Positions 29,431 through 41,290 of a stretch of DNA of 64,000 nucleotides are shown here, in pieces. The translations under genes were made by a program, and so were the position numbers. How positions within the stretch are numbered: position 1 is the stretch's first letter; each line of letters starts with the position of its first letter. The notes beneath the pieces were generated by a model, which saw nothing but the letters and a program-made list of their open reading frames with translations, ran no database searches and was not told the DNA's origin. This stretch comes from Vulcanimicrobiota bacterium (lineage in GTDB: Bacteria; Vulcanimicrobiota; Vulcanimicrobiia; Vulcanimicrobiales; Vulcanimicrobiaceae): NCBI GenBank assembly GCA_963795855.1, contig CAWCIZ010000003.1, forward strand, positions 448,001-512,000. Direction: 5' to 3'.

Positions 29431-30339
29431 TTATGGTGCCGAGCGCTCCCCTGCAGCAACCTTCGAAAACGTCGAAATGATGTGATGCCGGAAGCGCTGC
29501 GCCAATTCCGGCTGATAACGCCCCGGTTCCCAGAGTACTCCGATGCTGCGGCGGCAAATGGGTTCGGTGATGCGCAGTTGCGGCGGCGCGCTTTCCGCCG
29601 GCGAACTTGCCGCGGGAATTATCGCAACGCCCAGACCGACGGCGACCAAACCGCGAAGCGTTGCGATTTCCTCGCCTTCGAACGCAGTCTTCGGCGCGAA
29701 GCCGGCTCGCGCGCAGAACGCATCGGTTAGGGTGCGCAGACCGTACCCTTCGCGCAGACAAACGAACGTGTCGTCGCGCAATTCCGCGAGGCGCACCGTT
29801 TTGCGCTTCGCGAGCCGGTGATCGTTCGGGACAACAAGGAACAATTCTTCGGAAGCGAGTTCGATCGATTCGATCCGCTCGCTGGTCGGCGGTACCGGAG
29901 AGACCAGCGCCAGATCGACGTCGCCCGCCTCTAATTCTTCGAGAATGATGTGCGAGGCGTTCTGCAGCAGCTGAAACCGCGCGCGCGGATGCTGCCGGCG
30001 AAAACTCGCGATCAGGTCCGGCACGACGCGCGTTCCGAGCGCATGCGCGAATCCGAACGCAATCACGCCCGCGTCGCGGTCCGCCAAATCGGTGAGTTCC
30101 CGGCGTCCCTCCTCGATGGCCCCGAGCGCGCGTTCGACGTGACGCAAGAACGCTTCACCGTACCGGTTCAGCTTCACCGATCGGCCGCGATGATCGAAGA
30201 GCGCGATGCCGAGATCGCGTTCCAGGCGGGCCATCGCCCGGCTGAGTGCCGGCTGCGTGATGGCGACTTCCTCCGCGGCCTGGGTCACGTGCTGGGTGCG
30301 TGCGACCACGCGAAAGTACTCGAGCTGCTGCAGTTCCAT
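29431..30339 (-). CDS. LysR family transcriptional regulator
   Basis: MELQQLEYF...HVTQAA...TQPALSRAMARLERDLG..LFDH HTH; substrate-binding domain. Confidence 0.95.
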   Translation of the reverse strand: MELQQLEYFRVVARTQHVTQAAEEVAITQPALSRAMARLERDLGIALFDHRGRSVKLNRYGEAFLRHVERALGAIEEGRRELTDLADRDAGVIAFGFAHALGTRVVPDLIASFRRQHPRARFQLLQNASHIILEELEAGDVDLALVSPVPPTSERIESIELASEELFLVVPNDHRLAKRKTVRLAELRDDTFVCLREGYGLRTLTDAFCARAGFAPKTAFEGEEIATLRGLVAVGLGVAIIPAASSPAESAPPQLRITEPICRRSIGVLWEPGRYQPELAQRFRHHIISTFSKVAAGERSAP

Positions 30340-30497
30340 GGTACCGGCACTTATGCCTTAGAGAGCATGAATTTTCCTCGAAACCAGCATTGGAAGGCAC
30401 CGGATTTGAGGGTACGATGAGGGTGCCCCGGCGCAACCCGCTAAACAGTGGGGTTCCGGGTTTTTCAGAGAGCTTCGAGTTGAGGGGTTAGGCGCCG

Positions 30498-33400
30498 GTG
30501 CCGGACACGATGGTTCAAGTTACGCTTCCGGAGATGGGGGAGTCGGTCACCGAAGGCTCCATCGTGGAGTGGCGCAAGAAGGTCGGCGATTTCGTTGCTG
30601 AAGGCGACGCGCTCGTCGAAGTGACGACCGACAAAGTCGACGTCGAGGTGCCGGCAACGGTTTCGGGCGTCATCAAGCAGATTCTCGCAAGCGAAGGAGC
30701 AACGGTCGGCGTCGGCGCGGTGCTTGCAGAGATCGATACGTCGGTGAAAAGCAACGGCGCTGCAGTTTCGCAGGCCGCACCGGAACCAAAACTCGTCATC
30801 GTCGCGCTGCCTGAAATGGGTGAATCGGTCACCGAAGGTTCGGTCGTCGAATGGCAAAAGCGTCCCGGCGATTTCGTGAACGAAGGCGATCCGATCGTGA
30901 ACGTCACCACGGACAAGGTCGACGTCGAAGTGCCGGCGACTGCAGCCGGCGTGATTACGAAAATTCTCGCCGCGGAAGGCGCGACCGTGGCGGTCGGCGC
31001 GCCGCTCGCCGAAATCGACGCAAACGCTGCGCGCCCGTCGAACACTGTGAAAGGAAACGGCGCACCCGCGCGTCCCGCTCCGGTTTCGAAAACTCCTCAA
31101 GCATCGGCGACCGTGACCGCCGGCGGCGACGTGTATGCAACGCCGCAAGCGCGCCGCGCCGCACGGAAGATGGAGATCGACGTAGCGCGGGTGAAGGGAA
31201 CCGGACCGAACGGACTCGTGCTGCGCAGCGACGTCGACGCGCAAGGTCCGGCGCTGCCGAAGGCCGCAGCCAGCGCGGCCGCGTCGCCGCAATTGCCGGC
31301 CGTTTCGGCCGGAGCGAAGGTTACGCCGCTCAAAGGGCCCGCGGCTGCGCTTACGGGCTACATGGAGCAGAGCCTCACGATTCCGACCGCCACCAGCTTC
31401 CGTACGCTGGCGGTCGACGTGCTCGACGCTCGCCGTAAAGAACTGAACGCCGCGATCAAAGCTGCCGGGCGCAGCGAAAAAATTTCATTCACGCACGTGA
31501 TCGCATACGCGCTGGTGCGCGCGGCGCACGAACTGCCGTTCATCACCCATCATTTCCGGCGCGACGGCGATCGCCCCGTGCGCGTCGAGCCCGGCGTCCA
31601 TCTCGGTCTCGCGGTGGACGCGGAACGCAAAGACGGGTCGCGATTCCTCGTGGTGCCGGTGATCAAGAATGCAGATGCCCTCGACTTCGCGCACTTCCGC
31701 GCAAAATACGAAGAACTCGTGGGCTTGGCGCGCGAGAACAAATTGACGGCGGACGATCTGCAAGGCGCTTCGTTCACCCTCACCAATCCGGGCGGCATCG
31801 GTACCGCGGCCTCCGTACCGCGCTTGATGGCCGGACAGGGCGCGATCATCGCTGCCGGAGCGATAGGCTATCCGCCTGGTTTTGCCGGCGCGAGCGAAAA
31901 CGCGATCAAATCGATCGGCATCAGCAAGATCATGCAGATGACCTCGACGTACGATCATCGCGTCATTCAAGGTGCGCAGTCGGGCGAATATCTGCGGCGC
32001 GTCGATGAACTGCTGCAGGGCAAAGACGAGTTCTACGAGAGTGTCTTCGCTGGACTCGGCGTACAAGCCGGCCCCGCGCCGAAGGCGGCGCCGAGTGCCG
32101 CGATCCCCGCGGTCCAACCGGCCGCGCAAGCGGAAGGCGCCGCGCCATCCGATGAAATGCTGCGCGCCGTCGCAGCCGGCATGGCGATCGTCGCGGCATA
32201 CCGCACGCACGGTCATCTCGCGGCGAATCTCGATCCGCTCGGCACGCCGCCGATCGGCGATCCCTCGCTCGAGCCCGGCAACTGGGGCCTCACGCCGGCA
32301 TTGCAATCCGCGATTCCCTCATCGGTGCTGCGAGTGAAGGTGCCCGGCAATACGCTCGCCGACGTGCTGCCGCGTTTGCGCGACACCTACAGTTCGACGA
32401 TCGCGTATGAAGTGGAGCACATCGCGAACACGGAGCAGCGCGAATGGCTTCGCGACGTCATCGAGTCCGGCAAGCATAAAGTGCCGCTTTCGAACGAGCG
32501 CAAAATCGAGTTGCTGCGACGCTTGACGCGTGTCGAAGTCTTCGAGCGCTATCTGCGAAAGACGTTCCTCGGGCAGAAGACGTTTTCGGGTGAAGGCCTG
32601 GACGTGATGGTGCCGATGATCGAGGAGATGCTCGAGTTGCTTGCGCAGGATGGCACGTCGCACGCAGTGCTCGGCATGGCCCACCGCGGTCGACTGGCGA
32701 CGATCGCGCACGTCGTCAACATGCCGTACGAAGAGATTTTGACGGAATTCGAAGCGGCGCACGAGCGCGGCGAAGTCGGCGCGGACGACGTGACCGGCGA
32801 CGTGAAATACCACCACGGCGCAAACGGCGTGTATCGCGGACGCGAGGGCAACGCCATCGCCGTGACGCTGGCGAACAATCCGAGTCATTTGGAAGCGGTC
32901 GATCCGGTCGTGGAAGGCATCACGCGCGCTCTGCAAACCGATCACGCGCACGCGATTCCCGCGCAAGACGCGCGCAAGGCAGCGCCGCTGCTGATTCACG
33001 GTGACGCCGCGTTCATCGGTCAAGGCATCGTTTCGGAGGTTTTCAACCTGCAGTCGCTGCCGGATACGAAACGGGCGGCACCATTCATATCATCGCCAAC
33101 AATCAAGTCGGCTTCACCACCGATCCGCGCGATTCGCGCTCGACGCGCTATGCGTCGGATCTGGCGAAGGGCTTCGACGTGCCGATCGTGCACGTGAACG
33201 CCGACGACGTCGATGCGTGCATTTGGGCGGCGAATTTGGCCGTGGAGTTCCGCAAGCGCTTCGCGCGCGACATGCTCATCGAGATCATCGGCTACCGCCG
33301 ATTCGGCCACAACGAGCAGGACGAACCGGCGTACACGCAGCCCGGTATGTACGATCGCATCAAAAACCATCCGACCGCGCGCGAGTTGTTCGCAAATAAA

Positions 33401-34723
33401 CTCGTCGCGCAAGGCGCGCTCGGCAAGGATCAAGTCGAGGAACTCGCTGCGGAAGCTACGGCGCGGCTGCAGGAAGCGCACCGCACGGTCAAAGGCAAGC
33501 GCGACATAGCGGGCATGCTCGCCAAGATCGATTTGAAGGCTCCACTGGATGCGGCGCATTTGGAAAAAGTCACGAGAGAGCAATTGCTCGCCTGGAGCGA
33601 CGAACTGATCGGCGCGCCCGAGGGTTTTTCCGTCAACAAAAAACTGCAGACGCAGTTCGAGCGGCGAAAAATTTCCATACACGAGAAAGGTGTGATGGAT
33701 TGGGGCATGGCGGAAGCGCTCGCATTCGCTTCGCTGCTCTCCGTCGGTACGCCGGTGCGCATCACGGGCCAGGACACGGAGCGCGGTACGTTCAGCCATC
33801 GACACGCCGTGCTGCACGATCCCAAAAGCGAAACCGATTACGTTCCCTTGCAGCATTTACGAGGGGCTAAAGCCTCGTTCGAAATCCATAACAGTCCGCT
33901 TTCCGAGTATTCGTGCCTGGGCTTCGAATACGGCTACAGCGCGTCCGTTCCGAAAGCGCTCGTGTTGTGGGAGGCGCAATTCGGCGACTTCGACAACGGC
34001 GCGCAAATCATTATCGATCAGTTCATCACGGCGGGACAAGCGAAGTGGGGGCAGACGGCGCGCCTTACGCTGCTGCTGCCGCACGGCTACGAAGGCATGG
34101 GCCCGGAACACTCGAGCGCGCGTTTGGAACGCTTCCTGCAACTCGCCGCGGAAGGAAATCTGCGCGTCGCAAACCTCTCGACCGCTACGAACTACTACCA
34201 TCTGCTGCGTCAGCAGGCGACAATGCCGCAACCCGTTCCGCTCGTCGTCATGACGCCGAAGTCGCTCCTGCGTCAGGAATCTGCAGGCGGGCGCATCGAC
34301 GAGATGGCTTCGGGCAAGTTCCAGCCCGTGATCGACGATCCGAACGCCAAGGACAAGAGCGTTGTCGAACGGCTGCTTCTTTGCACGGGAAAGATCTACC
34401 ACGATCTGGTCCAGCACGACTTGCACGCGCAGCTGAAGAAAACGGCAATCGTGCGCATCGAACTGCTCTCACCGCTGCCGTACATCGAGATCAACGACGT
34501 CATCGCGACCTATCCGAATCTCAAGAAGCTCGTGTGGGTGCAGGAAGAACCGAAGAACATGGGCGCGCGCGCCTACGTTCGTCGCCGGCTCATCGAGCGC
34601 AAGCGCGATACGCTCGAAATCGATTACGTCGGCCGGCCGTACCGCGCGTCACCCTCCGAAGGCTATCCCGGCGCGCACGCAGTCGAACAAGAGCGAATCC
34701 TCAAAGAAGCGCTGACCGAATAA
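30498..34723 (+). CDS. kgd: Multifunctional 2-oxoglutarate dehydrogenase: two lipoyl domains + PSBD + E2 catalytic + E1 (frameshift near 33065)
   Basis: Two PEMGESVTEG...VTTDKVDVEVP lipoyl domains; YATPQARRAA..GTGPNG PSBD; TYDHRVIQGAQSG; GMAHRGR, DVKYH, NPSHLE, HGDAAF, GHNEQDEP, RGTFSHRH, WEAQFGDF, PHGYEG..PEHSSAR. Confidence 0.92.
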
Positions 34724-34747
34724 CATGCGAGCGTCCCGGCGGCAAGC

Positions 34748-35128
34748 GTGAGCGATCGGTACGAACGCGGCGAGCAACTCATGCGGCAGATCGACGGGGA
34801 CTCGGTCACCGATAATTTGATCGCCCGCTATCAGGACTTGGCGCCCGACTTCACGCGCTATCTCGTGGAGTTCGCGTTCGGCGAAGTGTATGCACGCGAA
34901 GGCGATCTTAGAATGCGCGAGATCGTGGCGATAGCATCGCTTGCGACGATGGGCGGCTGCGATTCGCAACTCGAAACGCACGTTCACGGCGCGTTTCGCG
35001 TCGGCTTGTCGGAGTCGGAAATCGTGGAAACCGTATTGACGCTCATCCCGTACATCGGTTTTCCGAAAGCGCTCAATGCCATGAGCATCGTCAAACGAGT
35101 AGCGGACAAGCGCTCGGCGAGAAGCTGA
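34748..35128 (+). CDS. Carboxymuconolactone decarboxylase (CMD/AhpD-like) family protein
   Basis: EFAFGEVYARE...REIVAIASL...QLETHVHGAFRVG...YIGFPKALNA. Confidence 0.85.
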   Translation: MSDRYERGEQLMRQIDGDSVTDNLIARYQDLAPDFTRYLVEFAFGEVYAREGDLRMREIVAIASLATMGGCDSQLETHVHGAFRVGLSESEIVETVLTLIPYIGFPKALNAMSIVKRVADKRSARS

Positions 35129-35152
35129 ACGCGCGGGCGGGTACATCACAGC

Positions 35153-35434
35153 ATGGCGGTTTTTGGCCGTGCTTTCACGGCAGCACTAGCAGCAGCGCTC
35201 CTCGCTCGCGCGGGCCTGACGATTTCTTGGAATACGCGCGGTGCGGCCGCACCGCATGCCGCTTCCACCGCTCAACCGGTGCGAACCGCCGTCGTATCCG
35301 CCGTGCGAGGAACGCACGTGCTGCTGCGCTTGAGCGACGGCACGACGCGCCTTTTCTTCGCGAACGCTGCGCAGGCGCGCGAACTAGCCGGGCTCGTCGG
35401 TACCGTTATACGGTTCCGGCCTTCTACTCCATGA
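35153..35434 (+). CDS. Small hypothetical exported protein
   Basis: 93-aa ORF with hydrophobic N-terminus and a short beta-rich domain; fills the gap. Confidence 0.5.
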   Translation: MAVFGRAFTAALAAALLARAGLTISWNTRGAAAPHAASTAQPVRTAVVSAVRGTHVLLRLSDGTTRLFFANAAQARELAGLVGTVIRFRPSTP

Positions 35435-37575
35435 GTTTCATGGTGAAATAGGTCCAGCCCAGCGCGCTGGTTTCCGCTGTTTCCTTCAGGTTTGCTCCCG
35501 CCCCGTGTCCGCCTTCGGTCACTTCGTAGAAAAGATACGGCACGTGCATCGCCGCCAGTTTCGCCGCGAATTTTCGCGCGTGTTGCGGTCCGACGCGGTC
35601 GTCCTTTGTCGTGGTCCAGATAAACGGCTCCGGATATGCGACGCCGGCTCTGAGATTTTGGTACGGCGAAATCTTCTGCAGAAATGCGCGTTCCGCCGGC
35701 ACGGAAACGCTGCCGTACTCGCCGACCCACGACGCGCCCGCTTCGATTTGTTCGTACCGCAGCATGTCGAGCAGCGGCACTTCGATTTGCACGGCGTTCC
35801 ACATCTCGGGATGCTGGGTGAATTCAACGCCCATCAGAAGGCCGCCGTTCGAACCGCCGACGATGCCCAGATGGCGCGGATCGGTGATCTTGCGCGTCAC
35901 GAGATCGCGTCCGACCGCGTAGAAGTCGTCGTAGATGCGCTGACGATGCGTTTTCAAGCCCGCTTCATGCCAAGCGGGACCGAATTCTCCCCCGCCGCGA
36001 ATGTTCGCGAGCACGAACACGCCGCCGCGCTCCAGCCAGAGCTTGCCGGTGGTCGCGGAGTAAAAGGGCGTTTCCGATATTTGAAATCCGCCGTACGCGT
36101 TGATGACGGTCGGATTCATACCATCAAAGCGCATGCCTTTCGGGCGAACGATGAAGTACGGAATCTTCGTGCCGTCTTTCGACGTCGCTTCGTGCTGTTC
36201 GACCAGGTCGTTCGACGCATCGAACTGGGCCGGCAGGGCTTTCACCCGTTCCCGTGCTCCGCTCGATGCATCCGCCAAGTACAGCGTCGTTGGAGTGAGA
36301 AAGCCGCTCACGGTGAGAAACACCCGATTGTCCCGAATGTTCGAATCGACGACGTCGATTGAAGCGTTGTCGGGAAAATTCAGACGCCGCAGCGTCCATC
36401 GGTTCGCAGCCGCCGGCGAATAGACGAACGCTCTTCCGCGCACATTTTGATAGACAGTCAATACCAGGTCGTTCTTCGTGACGGAGACGCCGTTCAGCGA
36501 CTCCCGCGCACCGGGCACGTACACGAGTGCCGGATGAAGGTCGGCGGGATGCGCGGCGGCCGCAGCGAGATCGACCGAAACGAGCGAGCCTTGTTTGAAG
36601 ACTGTACCGTGTGCGTTCCAGTCTTGATTGAGTGAGAGCAGCAGTTGGTCGTCGACCAAGCCGCTCACGTCGAGCTTCATCGGGACGTTGAGTCTTTTCA
36701 ACGCCCGTGCGCGTCACGATGTAGTGCTCGGTCTGGAAAAACGTCACGCCGCGCTCGACGAACGCCGCTGAGTGTCCGCTCCCGTCGTACAGCGTGAACG
36801 GATTCACGCTCACGTCTTGCGTCTTGCCGCGGAAAATTTCGACGGCTGATGAAAGCGGCTGTCCGCGGCGTAATCGTTTGACGACGTACGCGTAGCCGGA
36901 GTGCGTGAGCTGACCCGGCTGCCAAGGACGCGACACGAGCAGTGTGTCGGCGTCGACCCATGCGGTGGTCTGCTTTGCGCGCGGCAGAACGAATCCGTGC
37001 GGCGCGAAGCTGCGCGTTGAAAGGTCGAACTCGCGCATCGTCACGGCGTCTTCGCCGCCGTCCGAGAGCGAAATCATGCAGCGCCGTTCCTGCGGCTCGG
37101 CGCAGTCGGCGCCTTTCCACACCCAGTTTGCGTGTTCGCGCTTCGCGAGCGCATCCAAATCGAGTACGGTCGTCCAGGACGGCGAAGCGCTCCGGTAACT
37201 TTGCAGCGAGGTGCGCCGCCAAATCCCCCGCACGTGATTGGCGTCCTGCCAAAAGTTGTAGACGGCGCCGCCGAGTATTTGCGGATACGGGATGCGGTTT
37301 TCCGACTGATCGATGCGAAGCGCGTCCTGATAGAGCTTGCGGTAGTGCGGATCGCCCTGCAGAACCGGCAACGATCGCGCGTTTTGCGCGTGCACCCACG
37401 CCATCGCGCGCGCGCCGTCTTTTTCTTCCAGCCAAAGGAATGGATCGGTTCCGTTCATGCTCGCCGGCAACGCCCGTGCCACCGTTCTTTGCGCGGGCGC
37501 CGCCCATGCGGCCGCACCCAGCGCGAATGCCGACAGCAGCGCGGCGACGCCAAGTGTCCGCGACAGGTTTTTCAC
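35424..37575 (-). CDS. Prolyl oligopeptidase (S9A), secreted (frameshift near 36700)
   Basis: SD GGAGG and GTG start; DPFLWLEE; YGGF; NIRGGGEFG; GGSNGG nucleophile; DDRV; GGHG. Confidence 0.92.
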
Positions 37576-37592
37576 TTGGTCTACCTCCGCTC

Positions 37593-38133
37593 TTACCAGT
37601 CGAAAGATGCGAGGAGCGCCTCTATCGTGCCTGCACTGCGGAAGAGATCGGCGCTTTCGGACGGAACGAAACCTTCGCGCAAAAATTTTGCGAAGAGTGC
37701 CAACAATTCGTCGTAGTATCCGCCGGCGTTCAGCAGACCGATCGGTTTGCCGTGAATATGCAACTGCGCCCACGTCAGGATCTCGCAAAACTCGTCCATC
37801 GTGCCGTAACCGCCCGGAAGTGCGACGAATGCGTCGCTCAGATCCGCGATCAGCGCCTTGCGCTCGTGCATGCTGCCGACGATATGTAATTGCGAAAGGC
37901 CCGCATGCGCGATCTCCTTGCTGCTGAGCGCCTGCGGAATGACGCCGATCACTTCACCGCCGGCGGCGAGCGCCTCGTCGGCGATTACGCCCATCAATCC
38001 GACGCGTCCGCCTCCGTAGACGATTCCGATATTGCGTGAAACGAGATGCCGCGCGACGTTCGCCGCAAGAGCCGCGTAGACTCTCGCGGTTTCCGGTACG
38101 CGCGCCGCAAAAAATCGCCATGCGCCTTTCCAT
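37593..38133 (-). CDS. LOG family nucleotide phosphoribohydrolase (TIGR00730-like; frameshift near 38085)
   Basis: IFCGA; VYGGGRVGLMG; MHERK; PGGYGTMDE. Confidence 0.9.
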
Positions 38134-38184
38134 GACGCGCGCGTTTGGCGGGGCGCGTCCCGCAGCCTGCCGAAGGCGCGGAAC

Positions 38185-38433
38185 GTGAAGAACCGCGTGC
38201 CCGATGACGGTGTCGTGCGCGTCATGCGCGAGCGGCGCCGCGCAGGCGTCATGACGATCGTCACGGGATTACCGCAGCGAGAGCTCGAGGAAACGGCGAA
38301 GACGCTCAAGCGTTTGTGCGGCAGCGGCGGAACGGCGAAGAACGGCGTCGTCGAAATTCAAGGCGACCATCGCGACAAAATCGTCGAGCTTTTGCAAGCG
38401 CAAGGCCGCGCCGTGAAAAAAGCCGGAGGATGA
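38185..38433 (+). CDS. yciH: SUI1/YciH translation initiation factor-like protein
   Basis: DGVVRVMRERRR...TIVTGL...LKRLCGSGGTAKNGVVEIQGDHR. Confidence 0.88.
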   Translation: MKNRVPDDGVVRVMRERRRAGVMTIVTGLPQRELEETAKTLKRLCGSGGTAKNGVVEIQGDHRDKIVELLQAQGRAVKKAGG

Positions 38434-39728
38434 GCGAAGCGGACGTACGCGAGCCGCCCGGACCGGGCATGTGGGAAACGTACCGCCGCTTGCGCAACAC
38501 GCCGCTGCGCGCGTTCCCAACGTTTCTGAGCGAACTGCAGCAAACGTACGGCGACGTAGCGGCGTTCCGCGTGCCGTGGCGCCGTTTCTACTTCGTCAAC
38601 GATCCGGCCGCCATAAAAGACATTCTCGTCACGCAGCAGCACGCGTTCGTCAAGTCCGAAGGCACGCGCGCGATGCGCGAGCTGCTCGGCGAGGGGCTGG
38701 TGACGAGCGAAGAACCGTTGCACCGGCGCATGCGGCGCATCGTGCAGCCGGCGTTTCATCGGGAACGCGTCGCGGGATACGCGGAAACCATGCGCGAGTA
38801 CGCGCGGCAATGGCGCGCGCCGCAAGGCGCGTTCGACATGCACGCGGAGATGATGGAGCTGACGCTGCGGATCGCCTCGCGCACGCTATTCGGCGTGGAC
38901 GCCGGCGCGCAGGCGGATCGCGTCGGCGCGGCGCTGCACGAAGTGGTCACGGTATTTCCGGACGTGTTGGGCCCGTTCGGCGCAATAAAACGCCGGCTGC
39001 CGGTGGCACCGACGCGCCGCTTTCGCAAAGCGCGGCGCATTCTGGACGCCATCGTGCTCGAGTTGATTGCGGTGCGGCGTAAAAGCGGAGAAGACCGCGG
39101 CGACGCGCTTTCCATGCTGCTCGCATCGCGAGACGAAGAAACGGGCGAAGGACTCAGCGACGCGCAGGTGCGCGACGAAGTCATGACGCTGTTCGTCGCC
39201 GGGCACGAGACGACCGCGAACGCGCTGACGTGGACGTGGTATCTGCTCGCGCGTAATCCGAACGTCCGCGAGCGTCTGGCGGGCGAGCTTTCAACGGATG
39301 CGCAAACGCCGTATCTCGACGCGGTTTTGAACGAGTCGCTGCGTTTATATCCGCCGGCGTGGATCCTCGGGCGCGATGCGCTGCGCGAAACGCATACGCA
39401 AGGCTGGCGAATCCGCAAGGGCGCTACGGTGCTCATGAGTCAGCTCGTCCTGCACCGGTCGCCGCTCTTTTTCGACGAGCCCGATCGGTTCATGCCGGAA
39501 CGCTGGCTGCGCGACCTGCGCCTGCCCGCCTTCGCGTACTTTCCGTTCGGAGGCGGCGCGCGCAAGTGCCTCGGCGATCAGTTCGCGTGGGCCGAGGCGC
39601 GGATAGAACTGGCGGATCTCGTGCAGCGCTATCGCTTCGAACTGGCGTCGTCCGCGGCGCTCGAACCCGATCCGATCATCACGCTGCGTCCTCGCGGCCC
39701 GGTCGTTATGCGCGCGCGCTTAGCTTAG
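38430..39728 (+). CDS. Cytochrome P450
   Basis: AGHETT, ESLR (ExxR), PERW, FGGGARKCLG heme ligand; ATG overlaps the yciH stop. Confidence 0.95.
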   Translation: MSEADVREPPGPGMWETYRRLRNTPLRAFPTFLSELQQTYGDVAAFRVPWRRFYFVNDPAAIKDILVTQQHAFVKSEGTRAMRELLGEGLVTSEEPLHRRMRRIVQPAFHRERVAGYAETMREYARQWRAPQGAFDMHAEMMELTLRIASRTLFGVDAGAQADRVGAALHEVVTVFPDVLGPFGAIKRRLPVAPTRRFRKARRILDAIVLELIAVRRKSGEDRGDALSMLLASRDEETGEGLSDAQVRDEVMTLFVAGHETTANALTWTWYLLARNPNVRERLAGELSTDAQTPYLDAVLNESLRLYPPAWILGRDALRETHTQGWRIRKGATVLMSQLVLHRSPLFFDEPDRFMPERWLRDLRLPAFAYFPFGGGARKCLGDQFAWAEARIELADLVQRYRFELASSAALEPDPIITLRPRGPVVMRARLA

Positions 39729-39907
39729 CCGCCGCCGGACGCCCTCTGCCGGAACCGCTCGAAAGATCGCCATCCAGGCGATCTTTCTGCTTCTCTGCTT
39801 TTTTGCGACGGCGAAGCCTTGAAGAAACCATCCATGGTTTGCGCAAAAAAGTCAGAGATTCCAGCAGAGGACGTCCGACGCCGTCTAAGCTAAGCCTGTA
39901 ACGGTTC

Positions 39908-41281
39908 TTAAGCCAGTACGAGCTGTTCGTCACCCGCGCCGGATTTGTGCAGCGCCTCGCGAATCATCTGCTCCTGAATCTCTCGCACGGCCCAGCGCGC
40001 CTGCGCGTCCGCCGAGAGTTTGTCGATCGGATCGAAGTAGAGAAACGCTTTTCCGGGTTTGACGCTGGGCGCGGCGTACACCGCGATGCCGTTGTCGCGG
40101 TCGTAGTACTCGTAGCTGTGCACGTCGCGCTTGCCGCCGCCGCCCGGCGCGTCGCAAACGAACGTCGGCGAGTTGAAACCGGCGGTGCTGCCGCGCACGA
40201 ACTTCTCGATGTCGGTTGCGGTTTTGATGGTGGTGCGCAGCTCTTCAACGCCCTTGACCATATCGTGCATGTAGACGTAGTACGGATGCACGTTCACATG
40301 GCCCAAACGTTTGACGAGCAGACTGCATGCGTTCCGGCGTATCGTTCACGCCGCGGATGAGTACCGACTGATTGCGGACGAAGATGCCGCGTTCGAAGAG
40401 CATGCGCATCGCGATTTCCGTGATCCAAGTAATCTCTTCGGGCGCGTTGTAGTGCGTATGCAGGACGACGTCTTTGCCGAGCGTGCGCCCGCGATCGACG
40501 ATTGAGGTCAGCGCGTCCAGCCACTCCTTGTGCGTGATGATTTTCATCGGCATGATCGCCGGGCCTTTGGTGGCAAAGCGCATGCGCCGCACGTGCGGGA
40601 TGTCGAGCAGCGCGTTTCCGATGAGTTCGATGTTCTTCGGCGGCAGCTGATACGTGTCTCCGCCGGAGATCACGATGTCTTCGAGCTCGGGACGCTCCGA
40701 AATGTATTTGAACGCGTCCTGCCACTGCTTGGGCGTCTTCGCCAGTTCTTTCTTGTCGACGTTTTCCGTGTCCGGACCGATCGCGTACTGCGCGTGCAGA
40801 ACCGGCAATACACCGGGCAAGTGTTCAGCGGAAGAAACAGCGCCTTGTCGACGTAGCGGTGAACGAGACCGGGAACGGGCGAGTCGTCCTGTTCGTGCAG
40901 CGAATCCAGCGTCAAGCGCGGATGATCCGGCAGCAGCGTGCTGGCGACCGGAATGAATTGCCGGCGAATCGGATCGTTGTACGGATCGTTCCAGTCGATG
41001 AGCGACATTGCGTACGGCGAAACCCGCACCGCCATCGGCGCGCGGCGGAAGCCGGTTTCCGCGTCTTTGATGAACTCGGAGGACGCGAGGCTCTTGATGG
41101 TCTCGAGCAGTTCTTCCGGCGTCTTGACTGCATGCTTCTGCTGCCACAAATGATCGAGAAACGTGGCTTCGTCCACGTCCTTGTATGCGGGAACATGGCG
41201 CCAGAACTCGCCTTGTTTGAGATTTTTGTACTGCAGCGTTTCCAGCTGCACCGGCGGCTTTTTGTGCTCGATCTCGTTCAT
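39908..41281 (-). CDS. kamA: KamA family radical SAM lysine 2,3-aminomutase (frameshifts near 40790 and 40320)
   Basis: DPIRRQFIP, VPGLVHRY, CPVYCRFC, ISGGD, NQSVLIRGVND, PYYVY, DAPGGGGK. Confidence 0.85.
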
Positions 41282-41290
41282 GACAGCCTC

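Noticed and set aside
33050..33075. Programmed ribosomal frameshift in kgd (and in other broken genes)
   Set aside because: No slippery heptamer or stimulator seen; the break lies within the conserved ThDP-binding region and matches the window-wide indel pattern.
39706..39933. Small minus-strand ORF(s) between P450 and kamA
   Set aside because: No motif or convincing SD, and competing frames; cannot be supported.
39908..41281. EpmB (EF-P modification) assignment for the radical SAM gene
   Set aside because: Longer than typical EpmB, no efp/epmA nearby, and coupled to kdd, which favours catabolic KamA.
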